A DNA stretch of 59,699 nt from a bacterium (GTDB taxonomy: Bacteria > Patescibacteriota > Minisyncoccia > Moranbacterales > UBA2206). Both the position numbers and the translations under genes were made by a program. Below, piece after piece: positions 1 through 9,336 of the stretch (positions are counted from its first letter, which is position 1; each line of letters starts with the position of its first letter). A model generated the notes under the pieces. That model was given only the letters and a program-made list of their open reading frames with translations. It had not been told where the DNA came from and ran no database searches. Where the stretch lies: positions 1 to 59,699 of the forward strand of contig JAYSLY010000003.1 in assembly GCA_043725085.1 (NCBI GenBank). Reading direction: 5' to 3'.

Positions 1-1600
1 CAGCACAGTCCGGGTCATCCGGTTTGCAGGTGTTGCCGGTATCGGTGACACATTTGCAATTCTGACAAGTTTTGCCTGTTGGACATGGGACATAGTTGAT
101 TAGTCCGGTGGAGGGTTTGTAGTCACACTCCTCTTGGCCTTCGACGACGTTATTGCCGCAAGTTGGGGTGCCGGTAACCGTTATGCTGGTAGAGAAGGGG
201 GTGCCGGGGAGATTGTCGGATTTGTTGGTGGGATAGAGGGTGCAGATTTCAGTGCCGGTTGTGCCGACATGGAACCAACCGGGATAACCGTCTGGGGTGG
301 TGGGGGTTGGCTTAATATACTCTCCGTTTTTAGCGGCATCGGCTTGCCAAAGCGCTGAGTTTAATTGAATATTGAATCTGGGAATAATAGTTGGTCCGGT
401 GCATTGGACTTCCAGTTTGTTCGCATCGGTGGAGTTCCAGTTAAGATAGGCAATTTCTTTGGCCGGATGTTCTTTGGTCCATTCGATGCTTGGGATGACA
501 GAAGCTGGATTGGCGCCGGTTGTTCCGGTGGAGCAATTGGCGGTTTTGACGCCTGCGACATAATTTGTGCCGTTCCAGCAGGAGTTTCCGGTGCAAACTT
601 TTTGGGCACAGTCGGGACCGGTGGGGAGATTGTTGGGGTTGACGGTTGATTCCGGCGGGTCACCATTAGGGAGCCATTGGTTGGTGGTGGTCATATTGTC
701 GTACCAGATCTTGTATTTAGCATTGTCGGCATAAGCGGTATATTGTATCAATTGCATATTGGCATTATTTGGAACAACCCGAACATACAGCCAACCACCA
801 GAAGAATTTTCAGGCGGACCACCGACAAAAACTTCCTGCAAGCCATCCCCCACAAATCGAACGTAATCTTTGCCTGTCACATCTCCAATACTAGCTCCTC
901 CTCCGCTATGAATATAAGCGCTGGGATTTTGAAGAAGTTCAGCTTTGCTATAGCTTTCTTGGGGTGGTTCATTGAAACGCACTATAAAAATACTTCCGCC
1001 GTATCCTTGCGAGGTGGATATCGACAGACTGCCACCACTGCCGGGAGCTAAATAGACTCTGAAACTACGCATATCTTGACCAGAATATTGACAGCTGGTA
1101 ACGTTTTGAAATTGGATAAAATTATAATTATCACAATTATAGAGTTGCTCCGCCGCAAGTGTTATGTCTCCGGAAGTACCGGAATGATTCCAGCTTGCAT
1201 CGGGAGAATTAAAATTTTTGTAACCTAAAACTGGCGGGCGCTTGTCTCCGTCTTCTTCGGTCATCTGAAATTGCCAAAGAGATTTATAGCTGGAAGCCGG
1301 CAATGATGGAAGGTCCTTAACAGTACTTCCTGCGCCAGTTTTTGTTCCCTGACAAACTCCTCCGCAATTATTGGAACAAGTAGAATCAATAGGAGTCGTT
1401 GAAGAGCAGGCGCAACTAGGCGTACAATTAGAATAGTTGCAATGACAGCCATCGCAATAACCTCCGACACAAGCACTGCCTCCACTAAAGGGTCCGTTGG
1501 TACATTCACAAGTTTCCGCCTTGGAAATCGCCACACCGACGAAAAAAAATGCGAAAAGCAGAAAAAGGAATAAGAGACTTGTTGATATTTTTTGTTTCAT
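1..1600 (-). CDS. Secreted cysteine-rich surface protein; the 3' end runs off the window edge (about 533 codons visible)
   Basis: Absent from the ORF track because there is no stop inside the window. My manual translation from ATG 1600-1598 (MKQKISTSLLFLFLLFAFFFVGVAISKA ETCEC...) stays open to nt 1. It has a signal peptide, a Cys-rich N-terminus and a C-terminal CGNNVVEGQEECD...CKPDDPDCA Cys-repeat module. Spot G+C is 31/60 at 541-600. Confidence 0.75.
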   Translation of the reverse strand, partial: MKQKISTSLLFLFLLFAFFFVGVAISKAETCECTNGPFSGGSACVGGYCDGCHCNYSNCTPSCACSSTTPIDSTCSNNCGGVCQGTKTGAGSTVKDLPSLPASSYKSLWQFQMTEEDGDKRPPVLGYKNFNSPDASWNHSGTSGDITLAAEQLYNCDNYNFIQFQNVTSCQYSGQDMRSFRVYLAPGSGGSLSISTSQGYGGSIFIVRFNEPPQESYSKAELLQNPSAYIHSGGGASIGDVTGKDYVRFVGDGLQEVFVGGPPENSSGGWLYVRVVPNNANMQLIQYTAYADNAKYKIWYDNMTTTNQWLPNGDPPESTVNPNNLPTGPDCAQKVCTGNSCWNGTNYVAGVKTANCSTGTTGANPASVIPSIEWTKEHPAKEIAYLNWNSTDANKLEVQCTGPTIIPRFNIQLNSALWQADAAKNGEYIKPTPTTPDGYPGWFHVGTTGTEICTLYPTNKSDNLPGTPFSTSITVTGTPTCGNNVVEGQEECDYKPSTGLINYVPCPTGKTCQNCKCVTDTGNTCKPDDPDCA

Positions 1601-1657
1601 ATTTTTGTTTATTACCTTTCGCCTACATTCGCGAAACCGACAGTAATAATAAAATTT

Positions 1658-1737
1658 TTATGACTTACGCGTTTGCTCGAGTCAGCCGTATTTTTTTGGA
1701 AAATACGGCTGTATGAGATGAAATGCGTAACTCATAA
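1658..1737. repeat. Nested palindromic element: outer inverted repeat TTATGACTTACGC / GCGTAACTCATAA around an 11-bp hairpin at 1684-1710
   Basis: Complementarity read directly from the sequence. It lies in a divergent intergenic region. Confidence 0.6.
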
Positions 1738-1999
1738 TTTTAATAAATTAGTTCGCCAAAGATTATATTCAGTTTACCACATTTTAAAATAATTGTACAA
1801 TAGCTTTTTTATTGATATAATTGAATTGCGCTTAAGCGTAATGAATTTTCAATTCTAAAGTTACAACGTAAAGTTGCGTGGCAACAACGTTGCTTTACGC
1901 AATTTGAAATCAAGATCAGATGGTTAAATGATTAATAAAAAAATAATTTAGATTTGATTTTAAATTTATAATTTTAAATTTTAAATTTCATGCACTCCT

Positions 2000-2908
2000 A
2001 TGCAAGAAATAAAAGCTGAAAAATTTAGCTGGATTGATTTTCAAGAGCCTGATGCTGACGATGTTTTGAAAATTCAAAAAAGATTCAATCTGCATCCTCT
2101 GGTCGTGGAAGAGTTTTCCACTCCGACTCTCCGCCCCAAAGCCGCGGAATATGACAACTGCGTCTATCTGGCCATTCACATTCCCCTCTATGACAGCGAA
2201 AATAAAACCACCTACCCGGGAGAGTTGGACATCGTAATTTGTGAAAACACCCTCATCACTTCACACGACGTGGAAATCTATCAACTCACTGAATTTTTTA
2301 ATGAAGTGAAAAAAAACAAAAAGAAGCGCGAGTTGTATATGCGGCAAAGCCCGGGAGCGCTTTTGCGCTATATCTTGGAAATGCTCTTGGAATCATGTTT
2401 CCCTCGCTTAGACCACATCTCCCAAAAACTGGACTATGTGGAAAAAGAAATTTTTGCCGGCCATGAAAAAGAAATGGTCTATGAAATTTCTTTGGTCAAA
2501 AGAGACATTCTCAATTTTCGCCGAACGATGAAGCCGCAGCGCACTGTTTTTGAATCACTTACAAAAGAAAACCACCGCTATATCGAAAAAGAACTCAAGC
2601 CCTATTTCCAAGATCTCATCGGCACCAACATCCGCATTTGGAATATGCTCGAAAGCGCCAAGGAAACGATTGAGTCGCTGGAAAGCACCAACAATTCTCT
2701 CCTTTCCAATCAACTCGATATGACCATGAAAGTGCTCACAATTTTTTCCGCCATTCTTTTGCCACTGACCGTCTATTCCAACATTATGTCCATGAGCGTC
2801 AACATTCCTTTTCACACCAACTCGGCCGCTTTTTGGATTCATGTTTCCATCATGCTCGTTATCGCCTTTTTCACTTTCGCCATTTTCAAACTGCGCAAGT
2901 GGCTATAG
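2000..2908 (+). CDS. corA: CorA-like divalent-cation transporter (divergent pore motif)
   Basis: 302 aa with two C-terminal TM helices (LTIFSAILLPLTVYSNIMSMSVNIPF...IFKLRKWL) that align by eye with the CorA C-terminus. The canonical YGMNF reads IMSMSVNI. Confidence 0.7.
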   Translation: MQEIKAEKFSWIDFQEPDADDVLKIQKRFNLHPLVVEEFSTPTLRPKAAEYDNCVYLAIHIPLYDSENKTTYPGELDIVICENTLITSHDVEIYQLTEFFNEVKKNKKKRELYMRQSPGALLRYILEMLLESCFPRLDHISQKLDYVEKEIFAGHEKEMVYEISLVKRDILNFRRTMKPQRTVFESLTKENHRYIEKELKPYFQDLIGTNIRIWNMLESAKETIESLESTNNSLLSNQLDMTMKVLTIFSAILLPLTVYSNIMSMSVNIPFHTNSAAFWIHVSIMLVIAFFTFAIFKLRKWL

Positions 2909-2926
2909 TCCCATAAATCTATCACT

Positions 2927-4360
2927 ATGCTAAAACTCTATAACACCCTATCCAAATCAAAAGAAGAATTCAAGCCAATCCACAAAGGAAAAGTGGGTTT
3001 TTATACTTGCGGACCGACAGTCTATGACTACCTTCACATTGGAAATATCAAATCCTATATGACCGCCGACACCTTGCGCCGCTATCTGCTCTATCTCGGC
3101 TACGAAGTGCGCCACATCAAAAACATCACTGATGTGGGACACCTGACTGAAGACGATGTGGCTCAGGGTGATTCCGGAGATGATAAGCTGGAAAAAAAAG
3201 CCCTGGCAGAAAAAAAATCTCCTGTCGAAATTGCCAAATTCTATGAAGACTATTTTCACGAAATTGAAAAAAAGATCAACATCTTGCCTGCTCATTTTTT
3301 TCCCCGCGCCACTACTCATATTCCTCAAATGATCAAAATGATTTCCGCTCTCCTGGAAAAAGGTTTCGCCTATGAAAAAAACGGTAATGTTTTTTTTAGC
3401 ATCAAAAAATTCCCTGCCTATGGAAAACTTTCCGGCAATACCCTCGAAAACCTCAAAGTCGGTGCGCGCCTGGAAGAGCATCCTGACAAAGAAGATCCTT
3501 GGGATTTTGCCTTGTGGCTCCGCGCGCCCAAAGAACACCTGATGAAATTTGACTCCCCCTGGTCGGTCGGTTATCCCGGTTGGCACATCGAATGCTCAGC
3601 GATGAGTTCGGAATATCTGGGCGACACTTTTGACATTCACACCGGCGGCGAAGATAATATCTTTCCTCATCATGAAGCAGAAATCGCTCAGAGTGAATGT
3701 TTTTCCGGTAAAAAATTCGTTAATTATTGGCTGCACACTCGCCTTCTATTGGTAGACGGGATAAAGATGTCCAAATCCAAAGGCAATTTCTACAAACTCG
3801 ATGACATTTTGGAAAAAGGCTATGCGCCGGCAACTCTTCGCCTCCTCATTCTCTCTTCTCACTACAGAAGCCAAATGAATTTCACATGGGAATCAATGGA
3901 GCAAGCCAAGTCTAATTTGCAAAAAATTTCTCAGTGGGTTGATAATTTAGAAAATCTGGCAAAAGATGCGCCGAAAGAAAAAACCGAAATTGATTTTAGC
4001 CACATCTACAAAACCCGTTTTGAAGACGCGATGAATGATGACCTCAACACCCCCTTGGCGCTCAGCGTGATCTATGAATTGATTACAGAAACAAACAAAC
4101 TGATCGGCGAAGAAAAGCTTTCGACATTGACTGCTAAAAATATTTTAGCTTTTTGGAATAAAGCAAATAAAGTTTTTGGCCTAATCATCGCCGCTCAAAA
4201 AGAAATTCCAGAAAATGTGATCGTTCTCGCCAACCGAAGAAAAAAAGCCAAAGAAGAAAAAGATTTTCAACTCTCTGATGATTTACGCGAAGAAATTGAA
4301 AAACTAGGCTACATTATAGAAGATTTAAAAGATAATAATTATTTAATCAAAAAACAATAA
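2927..4360 (+). CDS. cysS: Cysteine--tRNA ligase
   Basis: N-terminal YTCGPTVYDYLHIGN (HIGH motif), KMSKSKGN, and the typical CysRS length and layout. Confidence 0.95.
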   Translation: MLKLYNTLSKSKEEFKPIHKGKVGFYTCGPTVYDYLHIGNIKSYMTADTLRRYLLYLGYEVRHIKNITDVGHLTEDDVAQGDSGDDKLEKKALAEKKSPVEIAKFYEDYFHEIEKKINILPAHFFPRATTHIPQMIKMISALLEKGFAYEKNGNVFFSIKKFPAYGKLSGNTLENLKVGARLEEHPDKEDPWDFALWLRAPKEHLMKFDSPWSVGYPGWHIECSAMSSEYLGDTFDIHTGGEDNIFPHHEAEIAQSECFSGKKFVNYWLHTRLLLVDGIKMSKSKGNFYKLDDILEKGYAPATLRLLILSSHYRSQMNFTWESMEQAKSNLQKISQWVDNLENLAKDAPKEKTEIDFSHIYKTRFEDAMNDDLNTPLALSVIYELITETNKLIGEEKLSTLTAKNILAFWNKANKVFGLIIAAQKEIPENVIVLANRRKKAKEEKDFQLSDDLREEIEKLGYIIEDLKDNNYLIKKQ

Positions 4361-4361
4361 T

Positions 4362-4529
4362 ATGTCGGATTTTTGCGACTGCTCACGGTGCCCACAACAT
4401 TGCGGCAACGATGAAGAAATCGAGGAAGGAGTAGAAGCCCAAGAAAAGGTTAAAAAACTTGAAGAAGATATCGCAGCTTTAGGTTTTAAAGTCGAAGAAA
4501 CTGAAGATGGCATTAAAGTTTCGAATTGA
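4362..4529 (+). CDS. Small (55 aa) Cys-rich protein, not in the ORF track
   Basis: Manual translation gives MSDFCDCSRCPQHCGNDEEIEEGVEAQEKVKKLEEDIAALGFKVEETEDGIKVSN*. It fills the cysS-dus gap exactly, and its TGA overlaps the dus ATG (TGATG), which suggests translational coupling. Confidence 0.45.
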   Translation: MSDFCDCSRCPQHCGNDEEIEEGVEAQEKVKKLEEDIAALGFKVEETEDGIKVSN

Positions 4530-5476
4530 TGCCCGAAAACTTCTGGCAAAAAATTGAAAAACCGATTTTAGCTCTTGCGCCAATGGCCGGCATCACCGAC
4601 AGTGCTTTTCGACAAATCTGTCGACAATATGGCGCTGATGTCACCTATTCAGAAATGGCGTCTGTCAGCGCGCTGTTTTATAAACCGCAAAAAACTCTGG
4701 AATTAGTCAGATTTAAAAAAAAAGAAAGGCCCTATGTCGTCCAACTGTTTGGAAATATTCCGGAGCATTTTGTCGTGGCCACAAAAATTATTTCCCAAAA
4801 AATAAAACCGGACGGGATCGACATTAATTTCGGCTGTCCGGCTAAAAAAGTTTTCGCTCACGGATCAGGTTGTGCGCTGATGCCGCAAATTGAACTGGCC
4901 CGCGAAATCATTTCAGCCGTTTGTGAAAATACAAATTTGCCGGTTTCCATCAAAATCCGCGCCGGACTCAAAAAGTTCAACGCACTGGATTTTATCGAAA
5001 AAACCAAAGATCTCCCCTACTTGGCAGTGATGGTGCATGGCCGCACCTATGAAGGCGGGTTTTCCGGCGACGTTAATTGGGAAATAATTTCTCGGATTAA
5101 AAAAATCATTCCCGAAAAAATCGTCTTAGGGAATGGCGGCATCGAAGCCGCCCAAAAAGCCGTCGATATTTTGCAAAAATATCCCAACCTCGATGGACTA
5201 GGAATCGCTCGCGGCGCCTGGGGCAAACCCTATCTTTTCAAACAGATTAAAGAACTATCTTCAACTGGAAAATATAAAGATTACACTTTCAAAAAAATTA
5301 AAACGATTATGCTTGCCCATGCAAAACTGATCTATGCCGACAAAAATGGGATGGGAAAATTTGAAATGCGAAAACACTTAGCCTGGTATATCAAAGGTTT
5401 CCCCGGCGCCGCCGAGCTGCGGCAAAAACTCGTCCGCGCCCAAAGCTTGGAAGAAATTAAGAAAATTTTGAAATAG
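4529..5476 (+). CDS. dus: tRNA-dihydrouridine synthase
   Basis: LAPMAGITDSAFRQICRQYGADVTYSEM and a TIM-barrel Dus layout. The ORF track starts at TTG 4526; ATG 4529 is the more likely start. Confidence 0.9.
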   Translation: MPENFWQKIEKPILALAPMAGITDSAFRQICRQYGADVTYSEMASVSALFYKPQKTLELVRFKKKERPYVVQLFGNIPEHFVVATKIISQKIKPDGIDINFGCPAKKVFAHGSGCALMPQIELAREIISAVCENTNLPVSIKIRAGLKKFNALDFIEKTKDLPYLAVMVHGRTYEGGFSGDVNWEIISRIKKIIPEKIVLGNGGIEAAQKAVDILQKYPNLDGLGIARGAWGKPYLFKQIKELSSTGKYKDYTFKKIKTIMLAHAKLIYADKNGMGKFEMRKHLAWYIKGFPGAAELRQKLVRAQSLEEIKKILK

Positions 5477-5495
5477 AAATCACGCCAAACTTTTC

Positions 5496-6212
5496 CTAAT
5501 TATCAAACTTAAAAGTTTTTAAAATTTTATTGATGTTGTCTACCGTTTCATCGCCCGCTTCTATCCGAACAATCTTTTCCTTGCCGGAACTGATTGAAAA
5601 ATAGCCGGATTTATCGCATGCCGTTTCTCCGGAGTTAGGGTTGACATACTTGGCATCATAGCTGCCCACCTTCAAAGTTGAATCAGAAAGCGTGCAGTTT
5701 TTTCTTTCTTTTTCCGAAAATTCACTGCCATACCAGGCCTGCAAATCCAGCTTGTTTTTATTATCATAAGCTCTCAATTTCCAAGTTTTGCCGTTTTGAG
5801 AAACACGAAGCAGGTCGACAGCTGGGACTACTTGCCCGTCAGTAGGGTATTTAAATTCAAATTTATTCTTATCATCCCGATATGTTTTCCAGTCCGCCGT
5901 TTCATCAGTCGGTTTTTCCGCGCTATCGGAAGTTTTTTGCGTATCCGTTGGGGGCGGATTTTGCGCATCTGCAGACGGACTCGCTTCGCTACCCGCAACT
6001 TTAGCAGTATCTCCCGATGTACTCGGAGTAGCCGAAGCTGGCGAAGAAGCAAAAGTAGTTTCTTTTTTTGCCAAATTAACTGCCGCATCTTGTTTTATTT
6101 TGTCAAAAGAATCATCGCTGCCATGCATAAACATCCGCCAAAAAATATTAGTAAAAACCATGGCAACCAACAAAAACATTCCCACCACTGCCAAACTCTT
6201 ATTTCGACTCAT
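5496..6212 (-). CDS. Membrane-anchored protein with a low-complexity Ser/Thr/Pro/Ala linker; unknown function
   Basis: N-terminal TM segment (LAVVGMFLLVAMVFTNIF), then a S/T/P/A-rich stretch and a C-terminal globular part. I recognised no family. Confidence 0.6.
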   Translation of the reverse strand: MSRNKSLAVVGMFLLVAMVFTNIFWRMFMHGSDDSFDKIKQDAAVNLAKKETTFASSPASATPSTSGDTAKVAGSEASPSADAQNPPPTDTQKTSDSAEKPTDETADWKTYRDDKNKFEFKYPTDGQVVPAVDLLRVSQNGKTWKLRAYDNKNKLDLQAWYGSEFSEKERKNCTLSDSTLKVGSYDAKYVNPNSGETACDKSGYFSISSGKEKIVRIEAGDETVDNINKILKTFKFDN

Positions 6213-6253
6213 AGAATTATTCTTTACTTTATGTCATTTTTATTATAGCACAG

Positions 6254-6298
6254 GCCCAACACTAACTTTACGCCCCCAATGTAAAGTTAGTGTTGGGC
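6254..6298. repeat. Perfect 18-bp-stem hairpin (GCCCAACACTAACTTTAC / GTAAAGTTAGTGTTGGGC, 9-nt loop)
   Basis: Read directly from the sequence. It sits between divergently transcribed genes, so it is not a terminator for either one. Confidence 0.85.
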
Positions 6299-6333
6299 TG
6301 GACAAAGCCGCAAAATTTCGCTAATATCTATCC

Positions 6334-7827
6334 ATGGAAAGATTCAAACGTAAGCTATTTTTTTGGTCCCTCGTCATCATTTTCTTCATAATCACCCCCC
6401 TTATCGTCCTTCAAGCCCGCGGTTACCGTTTTGATTGGCATCGGGGTGTTTTTGTCTATAGCGGAACGATTTCCTTCAAAACCAATCCCCAAAATATTAT
6501 TACCACCCTCAATGGCACGGTCAACGAAACAGCCAGTCTCAATAGAATCAACAATTCCTTCAATCTCTCCGGCCTGCTTCCGACCGATTATGAAATAGAA
6601 ATTTCCGCTAAGGATTTTTATCCTTGGGACAAAAAAATTGACGTCCACAGCGGCGTATCCAGCGAATTTTGGAATATCGTTCTTACCAGAAAAAACTACA
6701 CCGTAACAAACTACGCCGAAGCCAGCGGAATTGACAAATTTTTTACCTCACCAAAAAATCGCTCCATTGCCTTCACAAGCAATTCCGACCAAGGTCTCTC
6801 CATCAAAGAATTGGATCTGAGCAGCAAGCTCGTAACGGGCAGCTCTGATCTGCCTGGCTGGAAACTTCTTGCTGAGGATAAGAGAGAAAATATTGAATGG
6901 TCACCGGATGAAAATTATCTCTCTATTCCCGTAGAAAAAAATAATCCCAACTCAGCGGAAGGAAATCTCGAGTCAGCCTATTACATTATTGATCTAGCCC
7001 AGACTCAAAATGCTCCCTTGAACCTGAATACTTTTTTTGGGAAAAAGGATATCCGCTATGTTCGTTGGGATCCAAAAGAGCAAGGTTACCTTTTTTTTCT
7101 GGAAGGTTCGACACTTTTTCGCGCCAATATCAAGGACCAAACAGATATCCGGCAAATTGCCAATGACACAAACGCCTACGACCTTGCCTATAACGGCGTC
7201 TATTTCGTACAGTCTCCCAATGATCTTGTCTTTAAAACCAGTCTGGATGGAAAATCAGAGAGAACCCAGATAACCAATATTTTTCCCGATAAAAGCAACC
7301 CGGCCATTGAAAGAATTATTGTTTATGATGAATTCCGCATTGCCTTTTTGGATAAAAACCAGAATCTTTTCATCTATAACGACGGAGAAAATGATAAGTA
7401 TTTCCACTCACTGGGAGACCATGTCTTGGAAATGCATTTTTCTAATGATGGAAAAAAATTGCTCTTCTACACTAACAATGAGATTTCCGTTTACTACACA
7501 CGCAACTGGACCGTACAACCGATCCGCCAAGAAGACGATTTGAACAATATCACGCGCTATTCGGAAAACTTGAAAAATGTCCAGTGGTACAAGGACTATG
7601 AGCATGTCATCTTTAGCGTAGGAAAATATACCAAAATCATCGAACTCGACGGACGTGATCATCATAACTGCCTTGACCTCATCAGCACCACACTCGAAAC
7701 ACCCTTTGTGATTCACAATAATGGTCTGGAAAAATTATTCTATACCGATCGAAAAGATGGAATCACCACGCTAAATTCCATTGTCTTTCCCGAAGCCACG
7801 CCAATTCTTGGCATCGGCGGAGCATAA
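6334..7827 (+). CDS. Membrane-anchored extracytoplasmic protein; possibly a PEGA-like domain plus beta-propeller repeats
   Basis: N-terminal TM segment (LFFWSLVIIFFIITPLIVL). The repetitive beta-rich remainder resembles TolB/WD40-like proteins. The family call is a guess. Confidence 0.55.
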   Translation: MERFKRKLFFWSLVIIFFIITPLIVLQARGYRFDWHRGVFVYSGTISFKTNPQNIITTLNGTVNETASLNRINNSFNLSGLLPTDYEIEISAKDFYPWDKKIDVHSGVSSEFWNIVLTRKNYTVTNYAEASGIDKFFTSPKNRSIAFTSNSDQGLSIKELDLSSKLVTGSSDLPGWKLLAEDKRENIEWSPDENYLSIPVEKNNPNSAEGNLESAYYIIDLAQTQNAPLNLNTFFGKKDIRYVRWDPKEQGYLFFLEGSTLFRANIKDQTDIRQIANDTNAYDLAYNGVYFVQSPNDLVFKTSLDGKSERTQITNIFPDKSNPAIERIIVYDEFRIAFLDKNQNLFIYNDGENDKYFHSLGDHVLEMHFSNDGKKLLFYTNNEISVYYTRNWTVQPIRQEDDLNNITRYSENLKNVQWYKDYEHVIFSVGKYTKIIELDGRDHHNCLDLISTTLETPFVIHNNGLEKLFYTDRKDGITTLNSIVFPEATPILGIGGA

Positions 7828-7830
7828 GCT

Positions 7831-7960
7831 CAAAATTTGAAGTTTGAAATTTTAAATTTGAAATGAAATCAAAATTTTAAATTTTTAAGTACCAATTATT
7901 TATTTGAACATTTAGTCATTTGAATTTGATTTTAAATTTTAAATTTAGAATTGAAAATTA
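7831..7960. repeat. AT-rich AAATTT/AAAATTT repeat tract containing the unit TTGATTTTAAATTTTAAATTTAG
   Basis: The unit at 7926-7948 recurs near 1954-1988 and 25052-74, and as a looser AT-rich tract at 23325-23437. It also occurs inside tgt at 39034-39067. Confidence 0.7.
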
Positions 7961-7971
7961 AGCGAAGCGTC

Positions 7972-9336
7972 TTATTGGTTTTCACTCAACTTCCAATCTT
8001 TTTCCAAGTTGACCTGATAGGTCATTTTTTTTAGGCTTTTATAAATCACGCTCACTTCGCCCGTCACTGCGCCTGAGCCGGATTGTCTTTGAATCAGAAG
8101 ATTATAATTATCCACCGCGCTTTGCGGCAATGTGTAAGAAAACTCAACAGTCTTTGTCTGCCCAATTGGCACTCCAAACAACGAGCCGAAATATTTTTTG
8201 CCCAAATCATTCCCAAACCGCTTCTCGCCCAAATTTTGCGTATCGCCAAGCCAGCTATTTTGAGGAACATAGACCCGCAGATACGTCAGATAATCTTTCG
8301 TCATCCAATCTTTTTCTTTAGCTGTATGCTGATAAGTAATTTTCAAATCAGCTTTTGGCACGTCGCCAGACAGATCAACGGTATAGCTAAAAGATCTACG
8401 CATATAGTAGTCACTTTTCCAAGCGCCCATATTCGCATCCACCAACATCAAATAATCCCCCGTCCAATTCCGGTCCACGCTGCCATCCCATTGCGCCTTT
8501 TGCGCTTGGCTTTCCAACGCCGCATCTTTGAAATAGAGCTGAATATCCTTGCGATTGAGATCATCCAAAATAATCTCTGCCAATTGGATTTTTTGTGGAA
8601 TGCTTAGTGTGAAAACTTTTTTTTCAATTTCCGTTGCAAGCAGATTCATGACGCCCTTTCTGTCCCCTTTTTCGATTCCTTGTTGAGCATAGCCTTTTTC
8701 CACTTGCTGCTCCAACGCAAGCACGGCGTTCTCGCTGTCATAAGTTCCAGGATAACCTTCGATTTCAATCGGACCGGTTACTTTGAGAAAAGACGTCAAA
8801 ACATTACTATTGATTGCCACGATGCCGGCAAAATTTTCCTGGCCTTGTCCCAGGTGATAAAACTCATCCGCTTTTTGCGCATTGGTCGGAAAATCCGGAG
8901 AAAAATTTGAATCGCGTAATTTCCAGTCACTGACTCGCAATGTTTCTTTGATTGGATACGGTGGCACGATGCCATCAGGCACGCGGCCATCAAAATTGGA
9001 AAGGTCGTGCGTTTGTAATTGTTCCAAGTGGCCATCTAGCATTTTCAAAATGCCAAATGATCCAATGTACCCTCCGCCCGGACGCAGTTCCATATTGTTT
9101 TGGAACATTAGCATAAAAGTTTTTTCCTCACCGTCTTTTTGAAACAGATACTGCGCAAAGCTAGCCATCGTTTTGAACTTGGCTTTTTTGAGCTCGTTCA
9201 TAGGTAAAAAATCGATCACCGAGCTGATTGTCCCAAATTCCTTATTACTTCTAACCTGCCAAAAAAAATACCAACCGATCAGAAATAATCCGGCAAAAAC
9301 CCAAAATACGATAAAATTACGATTACTTTTTTGCAT
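7972..9336 (-). CDS. DUF4012-like membrane-anchored protein
   Basis: N-terminal TM segment plus ELRPGGGYIGSFGILKM, which I recall as the DUF4012 signature common in CPR glycan clusters. Confidence 0.65.
   Translation of the reverse strand: MQKSNRNFIVFWVFAGLFLIGWYFFWQVRSNKEFGTISSVIDFLPMNELKKAKFKTMASFAQYLFQKDGEEKTFMLMFQNNMELRPGGGYIGSFGILKMLDGHLEQLQTHDLSNFDGRVPDGIVPPYPIKETLRVSDWKLRDSNFSPDFPTNAQKADEFYHLGQGQENFAGIVAINSNVLTSFLKVTGPIEIEGYPGTYDSENAVLALEQQVEKGYAQQGIEKGDRKGVMNLLATEIEKKVFTLSIPQKIQLAEIILDDLNRKDIQLYFKDAALESQAQKAQWDGSVDRNWTGDYLMLVDANMGAWKSDYYMRRSFSYTVDLSGDVPKADLKITYQHTAKEKDWMTKDYLTYLRVYVPQNSWLGDTQNLGEKRFGNDLGKKYFGSLFGVPIGQTKTVEFSYTLPQSAVDNYNLLIQRQSGSGAVTGEVSVIYKSLKKMTYQVNLEKDWKLSENQ

Noticed and set aside
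1-165. A diversity-generating retroelement (TR/VR pair) as the explanation for the repeated 3' gene segments at 1-165, 41865-41990 and 43785-44015
   Set aside because: Mismatches between copies are not restricted to adenine positions. Many are C/T and G/A third-position changes. No reverse transcriptase or accessory gene is present in the window.
1800-1999. A Mg2+ (M-box) riboswitch upstream of the CorA-like gene
   Set aside because: The region is mostly AT-repeat and short palindromes. I saw none of the conserved M-box strings or its multi-helix layout.
7831-7960. A CRISPR array formed by the recurring AAATTTAAAATTT units (also at 23325-23437 and 24981-25097)
   Set aside because: There are no constant-length direct repeats separated by unique spacers of uniform size. 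The units are degenerate, low-complexity and overlapping. No cas genes are present.
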